From NCBI GenBank assembly GCA_963826115.1, contig CAWGVS010000005.1:1824001-1888000 (forward strand): a stretch of DNA of 64,000 nt, read 5' to 3'. Within the stretch, counting starts at the first letter, position 1. Every line of letters starts with the position of its first letter. Of this stretch, positions 1 through 7,435 are shown in pieces. The position numbers were made by a program, and so were the translations under genes. Origin of the DNA: an uncultured Candidatus Rokubacteria bacterium. GTDB taxonomy: Bacteria; Methylomirabilota; Methylomirabilia; Rokubacteriales; DASRDR01. Under the pieces are notes generated by a model. It saw only the letters and a list, made by a program, of their open reading frames with translations. It had not been told where the DNA came from and made no database searches.

Positions 1-219
1 CTCTCGGGCGCGCACATGACGCTCCTGCCGCGGATCCTCGACCTGCTCCGCCGGAGCGACGCGAGCGACGTCCTCCTGGTCGCGGGCGGCGTCATCCCCG
101 ACGAGGACGTGCCCGCCCTCCGGGACGCCGGCGTCGCCGAGCTTTTCCTCCAGGAGACCCCGCCGGCGGCCCTGGTCGCCCGGGTCCGCGAGCTGGTGGA
201 GGCCGCGCGCGCCGGCTGA
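1..219 (+). CDS. hcmB: Cobalamin-binding small subunit of an acyl-CoA mutase, probably HcmB (5'-truncated by window edge)
   Basis: Frame open from base 1: LSGAHMTLLPRI...VAGGVIPDED...LFLQETPP, the C-terminal half of a B12-binding domain. LQ(E/D)TPP resembles HcmB rather than the FGPGT of typical MCM small subunits. Lies next to hcl and hcmA. Confidence 0.8.
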   Translation, partial: LSGAHMTLLPRILDLLRRSDASDVLLVAGGVIPDEDVPALRDAGVAELFLQETPPAALVARVRELVEAARAG

Positions 220-240
220 GCGCCGCCGCGCCGAGTCCCC

Positions 241-1716
241 GTGTCGCCGATGGACGAGCTCGACCTCGACCGGATCCGCCGGACCCGTGGCGTGGACCTC
301 ACGGCCTGGCCGCCCCGCTACGATCCGGCGTACCGCCCCCCGCCCGGCGCCGAGTCCTGGCTGCCCGAGGTCGAGTGCGCGCCGCCGGGGGCGCGGGACC
401 GGCTCGTCCTCTGGAAGCTTCGGGAACAGGTGCGCCACGCCTGGGAGCAGAGCCCCTTCTATCGCCGGAAGTGGGAGGCCGCCGGCGTGTCCCCGGCGAC
501 GCTCCGGCATCTGGAGGACCTCCAGCGCTTCCCGGTCGTGACGAAGGAGGAGCTCCGCGCCGCCCAGGCGGCCCACCCACCCTTCGGGGACTACCTCTGC
601 GTCGCGCCGGAGGCGGTCGCCCGCATCCACGGCACCAGCGGCACGACGGGCCGGCCCACCGTGTTCGGCATCGGCGCCGACGACTGGCAGCGGATCGGCG
701 AGGCGCACGCGCGGATCCTGTGGGCGATCGGCATCCGGCCCGGGGACCGCGTCCTCATCTGCTCGTTCTTCAGCCTCTACATGGGCTCCTGGGGCGTCCT
801 CGCCGGCGGCGAGCGACTCGGCGCGACGATCTTCCCCTTCGGCGCCGGGGTCCAGGGTCAGACGCTGGCCGCCGTCCAGTGGGCGCGCGAGGTCCGTCCC
901 GCCGCCTTCTACGGAACGCCGTCCTACGCGCTCCACTTCGCCGAGACGGCGCGGCGCGAGGGCGTCGACCCGCGGGGCCTCGGCTTCCGGATTCTCTTCT
1001 TCTCGGGCGAGCCCGGGGCCGGCATCCCGTCGACCCGGCGGCTCATCGAGGACGCCTTCGGCGGGATCTGCGTCGACACGGGCAGCATGGCGGAGATGAC
1101 GCCCTGGATGACGAACGCCGAGTGCCCCCATCGTACGGGAATGCACCTCTGGCAGGACCTGGTGTACACGGAGGTCTGCGACCCCGGGACCTACCGGCGG
1201 GTGCCGTACGGGAGCGAGGGCACGCCGATCTACACGCACCTCGAGCGCACGTCGCAGCCGATGATCCGCCTGGTCTCCGGAGACCGGACGCGCTGGACGG
1301 ACGAGCCCTGCCCCTGCGGCCGGACCTACCCGCGCCTCCCCGCCGGGATCTACGGCCGCTTCGACGACATGCTCGTCGTGCGCGGCGAGAACGTCTACCC
1401 GAGCGGCATCGAGGACGCGCTCCGCGCGGTGCCGGGCTTCGGCGGCGAGTTCCGCGTGATCGTGTCCCGGCGCGAGGCGATGGACGAGCTCCTGGTGCGC
1501 GCCGAGTACACCCCGGAGCACGAGCCCCCCGATCGCCGCGACGCGCTCCAGCGGGCGATGCGGGACCGGCTGCGCGCGCGGATCGGGATCCACCCGGTGG
1601 TGGAGCTGGTCCCGCAGGGAACGCTCCCGCGCTCGGAGTTCAAGGCCCGGCGCGTCGTGGACGATCGGGACCTGTACCGGCAGACGCTGGCGGAGGAGCG
1701 GAGCCGCCCCCGATGA
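241..1716 (+). CDS. hcl: 2-hydroxyisobutyrate-CoA ligase (PaaK-like ANL adenylate-forming enzyme)
   Basis: HGTSGTTGRP P-loop, YGTPSY, FSGEPG, GRFDDML..RGENVYP. Segments QAAHPPFGDY, FSLYMGSWG and YTHLERTSQPMIRL match Aquincola HCL as I recall it. Start is 241 (GTG) or 250 (ATG). Confidence 0.8.
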   Translation: MSPMDELDLDRIRRTRGVDLTAWPPRYDPAYRPPPGAESWLPEVECAPPGARDRLVLWKLREQVRHAWEQSPFYRRKWEAAGVSPATLRHLEDLQRFPVVTKEELRAAQAAHPPFGDYLCVAPEAVARIHGTSGTTGRPTVFGIGADDWQRIGEAHARILWAIGIRPGDRVLICSFFSLYMGSWGVLAGGERLGATIFPFGAGVQGQTLAAVQWAREVRPAAFYGTPSYALHFAETARREGVDPRGLGFRILFFSGEPGAGIPSTRRLIEDAFGGICVDTGSMAEMTPWMTNAECPHRTGMHLWQDLVYTEVCDPGTYRRVPYGSEGTPIYTHLERTSQPMIRLVSGDRTRWTDEPCPCGRTYPRLPAGIYGRFDDMLVVRGENVYPSGIEDALRAVPGFGGEFRVIVSRREAMDELLVRAEYTPEHEPPDRRDALQRAMRDRLRARIGIHPVVELVPQGTLPRSEFKARRVVDDRDLYRQTLAEERSRPR

Positions 1717-1843
1717 GGCGAGGTCGACCGGGCACGAGCGCGCCCTCGCGTTTCACGCCGGCCGGGTTGCGGGGTCATGCTCTACGAGCCCGCGCGCGAT
1801 CCGACGGTGGCGTGCGGCTGAGACCTTCGCAGGAGGAACATCC

Positions 1844-2377
1844 ATGAGCCCGGCCACCTACTACACGCGAGTCCCGAGCCCCCTCGGACCCTTGCTCCTG
1901 GTCGGCACGACCGACGCGCTCACCGGGATCTGGCTGCCATCCGGCCGGGACCGGATCGACCCCGAGCCCGACTGGATCGAGTCCGCGAAGCCGTTCGCCG
2001 AGGCTGCCCGCCAGTTCGCGGCGTACTTCGCCGGCGCGCTCCGGCGCTTCGACCTCTCCCTCGCGCCCGAGGGCACCCCGTTCCAGCGGCGCGTGTGGCG
2101 GGCGCTCGTGGACATCCCCTACGGCGAGACGATCTCGTACGCCGAGCTCGCCCGCTGGATCGAGCGGCCGTCGGCGGTGCGCGCGGTCGGCGCGGCGAAC
2201 GGACAGAACCCCCTGTCGATCGTGATCCCCTGTCACCGCGTCATCGGGAGCGACGGCCGCCTGGTGGGCTACGGGGGCGGCCTCCCCGCCAAGTCCACGC
2301 TCCTCGCGCTCGAGCGGGGCGGGATCGGCGCGCCGGCCCGGCCGGCCCGCCCCCGGCAGGAAGCGCTCTTCGGCTGA
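1844..2377 (+). CDS. ogt: Methylated-DNA--protein-cysteine methyltransferase
   Basis: GTPFQRRVW, IPYGETISY, RAVGAANGQNP, active-site IPCHRVI; AGGAGG RBS upstream. Confidence 0.95.
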   Translation: MSPATYYTRVPSPLGPLLLVGTTDALTGIWLPSGRDRIDPEPDWIESAKPFAEAARQFAAYFAGALRRFDLSLAPEGTPFQRRVWRALVDIPYGETISYAELARWIERPSAVRAVGAANGQNPLSIVIPCHRVIGSDGRLVGYGGGLPAKSTLLALERGGIGAPARPARPRQEALFG

Positions 2378-2467
2378 CCGCAGGGAGCCCGCGAGCCGAT
2401 GCCCGCGCGCCGGTCGGAGCGAGGCGTCCTCCGTCCGTTCATCCACCACGTGCAGCGGGAGGCCTCC

Positions 2468-2869
2468 ATGCATCCGATCGAGATGAAACAGGTCAAGGAG
2501 ATCATCCTCGTGAGCGACGACGTGCAGGCGAGCCGTCGCCTCTACCGCGAGACTCTGGGACTGTCCATGCCGGCGGCGCCCGACCGCCTCAACCTCGCGC
2601 GCGTCGGCTCGTAGTATCTGGGCGTGTCGCAGGCCGGAACGATGGCGCACCCGGGATTCGCGGGGCGGGTGCATCTGGGCTTGGAGATCGCGCCCGGCGA
2701 CTTCGAGCGCGCGGTGGACCATCTGCGCCGCCAAGGCATCCACGTGACCGTTCGCGCCCGGCAGCCGGGATACATGGGCACGCCCCAGGGCGTCGGCGCG
2801 TACTTCCTCGATCCCGACGCGAACCTGATCGAGCTCTGGGCGCCGAGACCCGCTCCCGCCTCCAGCTGA
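2468..2869 (+). pseudogene. VOC/glyoxalase-family gene interrupted by an in-frame TAG at 2612-2614
   Basis: GGGAGG RBS, then MHPIEMKQVKEIILVSDDVQASRRLYRETLGL...RVGS*YLGVSQ...HLGLEI...YFLDPDANLIELW. Both halves are in one frame and together form a VOC domain of about 133 aa. Confidence 0.75.
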
Positions 2870-2948
2870 GACGAGGCGAACGGGCTCGGCCCGGGCATCC
2901 CGCGGCCGCCAGCGGAAGATCGGCAAAGTCGCGTAGACTGAGGCCGAA

Positions 2949-4610
2949 ATGACCGGTCAACGCGAGGATATCCGCACGATTGCCCGACAGGTTGTCGAGG
3001 CGATCCGGCTGGCGGGCATCGACACCCTGTTCTGTCTCCCCGGGGTGCAGAACGACGATTTCTTCGACGCCCTGGTCGACGCCAGGGACATCCGTTCCAT
3101 CGTCACCCGCCACGAGCAGGGCGCCGCCTACATGGCGAACGGCGCGGCGCTGGTCGCCGGCAAGCCGGCGGCGTTCTCCGTCGTGCCGGGCCCGGGTCTC
3201 CTGAACGCCGGGGCCGCTCTCACCAGCGGCTACTGGTCCAACGCGCGCGTGCTCGCGATTGTCGGCGAGATCGCCACGGCGGCCCGGGGCCGCGGTTTCG
3301 GCGTGCTGCACGAGCTCCCCGACCAGCATGCCCTCCTCGGCCAGCTCACCAAGCACGCCGAGCTGCTCGACGACAGCGAGTCCGCGACCAAGCGGATCCA
3401 GGCGGCGCTCGACTCGCTCGTCTCGGGCCGCCCGCGACCCGTCAGTCTCGAGATCCCCGTCGACCGGTGGCGCGTGCCGGCGCCCGGCGCGCTGCACCCG
3501 CCGGTCCCGGAGAAGCCGGCGGTCGACCCGCGGGCGATCGAGCGCGCCGCCGACGCGCTGCGCCGGGCCGAGCGGCCCATGATCGTCGTCGGCGGGGGCG
3601 CGCAGGACGCGGGCGAGGCGATCGGCCAACTCGCCGACCGGCTCCAGGCCCCCGTCACCGCCCGGCGCGCGGGGCACGGCGTGATCCCCACGACGCATCC
3701 GATGTTCGCTCATCTCGCCGTCGGCCACGCGCTGTGGAAGACCGCGGACGTGGTCGTCGGCATCGGGACGCGTCTCGAGTGGCCGATCCTCCACTGGGGC
3801 ACCGACCCGTCGATGACCATCGTGAAGATCGACATCGACGTCGAGGAGCTCGACCGTCACGGGCTCGGCGCAATCGGTGTCTGGGGCGACGCCGACGATG
3901 CCGTGCGGGCGCTCTTGGCGGCGCTGGAGGGGATGCCCACCCGGCCGGACCGGTCGGAGGAGCTCGCCCAGCGACGCGCCCGCTATTTCGCCGACATCGA
4001 CCACCTCCGGCCGCAGCTCGACTTCCTGGCCGCGATCCGCGACGTGCTCCCCGACGACGGGATCTTCGTCGAGGACGTCACCCAGATCGGGTTCGCCGCT
4101 CACCTCGCGTTCGAGTTCCGCCGGCCCCGGACGTTTCAGTGCACGGGTCCCGCCGGCACGCTCGGCGCCGGCTACGCGCAGGGAGTCGGGGCGCAGGTCG
4201 CCCTCGACCGGGAAGGCCGCGGCCGGCGGGCGCTGGTGGTCGCGGGCGACGGTGGGTTCCTGTTCACGGGGAACGAGCTCGCGACGGCGGTTCAGCACGG
4301 GATCCCGCTCGTCTGCTGCGTGTTCGACGACGGAGCCTACGGCAACGTCAAGCGGATCCAGGAGCAGCGCTTCGGCGAGGACCGCACGATCGCGTCGACG
4401 CTGCGCAGCCCCGACTTCGTCGCCTACGCCCGCGCGTTCGGCGCGCTGGGCCTCCACGCGACCGGCCCCGCCGAGCTCCGCGCCCGGCTCGACGCGGCGT
4501 TCAACGCCAGCGCTCCGGCGGTGGTCCACGTCTCCACCGGCCCCATGCCCGACCCGTGGCCGTGGTTCCTGCTGGGGCGCGCGCGCGGAGAGCGACCCCG
4601 GCGTTCTTGA
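2949..4610 (+). CDS. Thiamine diphosphate-dependent enzyme (acetolactate synthase-like superfamily), substrate unknown
   Basis: TRHEQGAAYMA, VVPGPGLLN, ThDP motif GDGGFLF...VFDDGAYGNV. Confidence 0.9.
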   Translation: MTGQREDIRTIARQVVEAIRLAGIDTLFCLPGVQNDDFFDALVDARDIRSIVTRHEQGAAYMANGAALVAGKPAAFSVVPGPGLLNAGAALTSGYWSNARVLAIVGEIATAARGRGFGVLHELPDQHALLGQLTKHAELLDDSESATKRIQAALDSLVSGRPRPVSLEIPVDRWRVPAPGALHPPVPEKPAVDPRAIERAADALRRAERPMIVVGGGAQDAGEAIGQLADRLQAPVTARRAGHGVIPTTHPMFAHLAVGHALWKTADVVVGIGTRLEWPILHWGTDPSMTIVKIDIDVEELDRHGLGAIGVWGDADDAVRALLAALEGMPTRPDRSEELAQRRARYFADIDHLRPQLDFLAAIRDVLPDDGIFVEDVTQIGFAAHLAFEFRRPRTFQCTGPAGTLGAGYAQGVGAQVALDREGRGRRALVVAGDGGFLFTGNELATAVQHGIPLVCCVFDDGAYGNVKRIQEQRFGEDRTIASTLRSPDFVAYARAFGALGLHATGPAELRARLDAAFNASAPAVVHVSTGPMPDPWPWFLLGRARGERPRRS

Positions 4611-4636
4611 CACATCCGGCGCCCGCCGCGCACGAT
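4607..4636 (+). promoter_or_regulatory. Putative sigma70 promoter for hcmA
   Basis: TTGACA at 4607-4612 (overlapping the upstream stop), 18-nt spacer, CACGAT at 4631-4636. Confidence 0.4.
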
Positions 4637-4686
4637 CAAGATCCGGCGGGGCGCGCGACCGGGACGGCTGACGCGAGGGGGCTTCC

Positions 4687-6369
4687 ATGTACGACCGCGA
4701 GGCGATCGAGCGGATCCGGCGGCTACGGGAGGCCTGGGAGGCCGGCCCCCTGCGCGAGTTCGTCGAGCGTCAGCCCGAGTCACGGCCGGAGTACCGGACG
4801 GCGTCGGGCCTGCCGCGGCAGCGCGTCTACACGCCGGAGGATGTCGCCGGCCTCGAGCCCGAGGATCTCGGGCTGCCCGGACAGTACCCGTTCACGCGCG
4901 GCCCCTACCCCACGATGTACCGGGGCCGGCTCTGGACGATGCGGCAGATCGCCGGCTACGGGACCGGCGCGGACACGAACGCCCGCTTCCGCTACCTGAT
5001 CGCCCAGGGGCAGACCGGGCTGTCCGTCGACTTCGACATGCCGACGCTCATGGGCTACGACTCCGACGACCCGCGTTCGCTCGGGGAGGTCGGACGCGAA
5101 GGGGTCGCCATCGACACGCTGGACGACGTCGCCCAGCTCTTCGAGGGCATCGACCTCGAGCGAATCTCGGTGTCCATGACGATCAACCCGACGGCGTGGA
5201 TCCTCCTCGCCATGTACGTGGCCCTCGCCGAGTCCCGCGGCCTCGATCTCAACCGGCTGTCGGGGACGGTCCAAGCGGACATCCTCAAGGAGTACGTGGC
5301 GCAGAAGGAGTGGATCTTCCCGATCCGGCCGTCCATGCGGCTCATGCGCGACATGATCGTGTTCGCGGCCGAGCGGATGGCCCGCTACAACCCCATCAAC
5401 ATCAGCGGCTACCACATCTCCGAGGCCGGCGCGAACGCCGTCCAGGAGGTGGCCTTCACGATCGCGAACGGGATCGCCTACGTGGAGGAGGTCACGCGCG
5501 CCGGCGTTCCGGTCGACGCGTTCGCGCCCCGCCTGGCCTTCTACTTCATCGCCCAGGCGGACTTCTTCGAGGAGGCCGCGAAGTTCCGGGCCGCCCGCCG
5601 GATCTGGGCGCGCGTCATGCGCGACCGCTTCGGGGCCCAGCGGCCCGAGTCGATGCGCCTCCGCTTCCACTGCCAGACGGCGGCGGCGACCCTCACCAAG
5701 GCGCAGCCGATGGTCAACGTCGTGCGGACCGCCTTCCAGGCCCTGTCCGCGGTGCTCGGCGGCGCCCAGTCCCTCCACACCAACGGGCTCGACGAGGCGT
5801 ACGCGATTCCCTCCGAGGAGGCGATGAAGCTCGCGCTCCGGACCCAGCAGGTCATCGCCGAGGAGACCGGCGTGCCCGAGGTCATCGACCCGCTCGGGGG
5901 CTCCTTCTACGTGGAGGCCCTGACCGCCCGGATCGAGGCCGAGGTCCTCCGCATCCTCCAGAAGGTCGACGCGATGGGCGGCGCGATCCGCGCGATCGAG
6001 GAGGGGTACTTCCAGCGCGAGATCGCCGACAACGCCTACGAGATCGCGCGTCGCAAGGCCTCCGGCGAGCAGCCCGTCATCGGCGTCAACACGCACGTGG
6101 AGGCGTCCGAGCCGCCGCCGACCCCGATCCACCGGGTGGATCCGGCGGTCGAGGCGCGCCAGGTCGCCGCGGTCCAGGCCGTCCGCGCGCGCCGGGACGG
6201 CGGGAGGGTCGCGACCCTGCTGGACCGCCTTGCGGCCGAGGCCCAGGACCCCGGCGTCAACCTCATGCCCACCACGATCGAGCTGGTGAAGGCGCGGGCC
6301 ACGCTGGGCGAGATCGTCGCGCGACTCCGGGACGTCTTCGGTCGCTACGTCGAGCGACCGGTCTTCTGA
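4687..6369 (+). CDS. hcmA: 2-hydroxyisobutyryl-CoA mutase large subunit (B12-dependent acyl-CoA mutase)
   Basis: MCM-family barrel: PFTRGPYPTMY, WTMRQIAG, QSLHTN. Ile88 (RQIAG) and Asp115 (SVDFDMP) have the spacing of HcmA Ile90/Asp117, where MCM has Tyr and ICM has Phe. Confidence 0.88.
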   Translation: MYDREAIERIRRLREAWEAGPLREFVERQPESRPEYRTASGLPRQRVYTPEDVAGLEPEDLGLPGQYPFTRGPYPTMYRGRLWTMRQIAGYGTGADTNARFRYLIAQGQTGLSVDFDMPTLMGYDSDDPRSLGEVGREGVAIDTLDDVAQLFEGIDLERISVSMTINPTAWILLAMYVALAESRGLDLNRLSGTVQADILKEYVAQKEWIFPIRPSMRLMRDMIVFAAERMARYNPINISGYHISEAGANAVQEVAFTIANGIAYVEEVTRAGVPVDAFAPRLAFYFIAQADFFEEAAKFRAARRIWARVMRDRFGAQRPESMRLRFHCQTAAATLTKAQPMVNVVRTAFQALSAVLGGAQSLHTNGLDEAYAIPSEEAMKLALRTQQVIAEETGVPEVIDPLGGSFYVEALTARIEAEVLRILQKVDAMGGAIRAIEEGYFQREIADNAYEIARRKASGEQPVIGVNTHVEASEPPPTPIHRVDPAVEARQVAAVQAVRARRDGGRVATLLDRLAAEAQDPGVNLMPTTIELVKARATLGEIVARLRDVFGRYVERPVF

Positions 6370-6381
6370 CGGGAGGGTTCG

Positions 6382-6741
6382 ATGAAGCTCCTCATCAAGA
6401 GCGCGTGGGGGTCCGACGATCCGACGAAGGCGGCCTTCCCGTTCCTGCACGCCAACGCGTTCGTCGAGGCCGGCCACGAGGTCCAGATCTTCCTGCTCGG
6501 CGAGGCGGTCTCTCTGCTGCGGACCCCGGTGGCGAACGCGGTGGTCCCGGTCGGCTGGCCGCCGCTCGCCGAGATCCTCGCCAAGACGCGCGCCCACAAG
6601 ATCCCGCTTCACGTCTGAACGGCGTGCTCCCGGGCCCGTGGGGTCCTGGACGCGGATCTGGACGGCAAGAACGCGACGTTCGCCGTGCCCCCGACGCTCG
6701 TCGCCCTCACCGTGTGGGCGGACAAGATCCTGAGCGAGTGA
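6382..6741 (+). CDS. DsrE/DsrF-like protein, probable selenoprotein (Sec79 in U-T-A-C), 119 aa
   Basis: DsrE N-terminus (GSDDPTKAAFPF...VQIFLLGEAV). TGA at 6616-6618, and the frame continues TACSRARGV...LVALTVWADKILSE to a stop at 6739-6741, completing the fold. SECIS-like hairpin at 6628-6650. Confidence 0.85.
6628..6650 (+). promoter_or_regulatory. Bacterial SECIS-like stem-loop
   Basis: TCCCGGGCCC-GTG-GGGTCCTGGA starts 9 nt after the in-frame TGA: 10-position stem with one mismatch and one G-U pair, and a G-led apical loop. Confidence 0.7.
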
Positions 6742-6763
6742 GCCTCGCGGTCCGCGCGCGGAT

Positions 6764-7231
6764 CTATCGCTCCGTGTCGTGCACCGCCGGGCTCGTCAGG
6801 ATGAGGTGAGTCGCACGGGTCAGCCGATCGATGACCTCGACGCTGACGAGCGCGCCCGCCGCGCACCCCGGGAATAGGTTCGGGTCGCCGATCGTCACCT
6901 GCGCGCGCACCTCGACGCGGTCGAGGCGGCGCTGATTCGGATCCCCGATGAAGTCGGCGTGCACGGCCACCCCAGGCCGGAGCTCGAAGGTGTTGGGATC
7001 TCCGATCGCGACCCCCTGCTCGTCGAAGAACGTCAGGGTCGCCGGACACGCCTTGTCCGGGTCGGGGGGATTCTGCAGGACCGCGTTGATGCGCGCGGTC
7101 TGGGCGGCGTTCACCACGCCGAAGATCGGAAAGTCGTAGACGATGATGGCCTGGGCGGGGCTCGCGCAGGCAAGCGCGGCGAGTGTCAGGCCGAGAACGA
7201 CCAGAGACGGGGAGCGCCGATGATGGCTCAT
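6764..7231 (-). CDS. Secreted hypothetical protein with three IGDPN motifs and a probable disulfide
   Basis: GAGGAGG RBS; signal peptide ending SPAQA; beta-rich mature part with two Cys. Confidence 0.75.
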   Translation of the reverse strand: MSHHRRSPSLVVLGLTLAALACASPAQAIIVYDFPIFGVVNAAQTARINAVLQNPPDPDKACPATLTFFDEQGVAIGDPNTFELRPGVAVHADFIGDPNQRRLDRVEVRAQVTIGDPNLFPGCAAGALVSVEVIDRLTRATHLILTSPAVHDTER

Positions 7232-7435
7232 GGGGACCTCCTCGATCGGGCGATCACGAGGATGTTGCGGAGTTACGGTCCCCGCTCCGTCTGACCGGTT
7301 CGCGAACCTCGACCGCGCGGCACGGGAACCAAGACCAGGCTACGTCAGCCCGTCCACGCCGACAACCCGCCCGGGGGCGCGAAGATTACGCGCGAGTGAT
7401 GCCCGGTGCCCTCGACCCTGCCGAGAGCGGCACGA

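Noticed and set aside
1717-1843. TPP riboswitch suggested by GCTGAGA upstream of ogt
   Set aside because: The remaining TPP core (CCTGA...AGCG.AGG arrangement) is absent and the downstream gene is unrelated to thiamine.
2612-2614. Pyrrolysine or genome-wide TAG recoding
   Set aside because: TAG terminates many clear genes here (rpsO, infB, proS, rseP, uppS), no pyl genes are in the window, and VOC proteins are not known Pyl carriers.
4611-4686. Cobalamin riboswitch before hcmA
   Set aside because: The gap is only 76 nt and lacks B12-box motifs; only a GC-rich inverted repeat is present.
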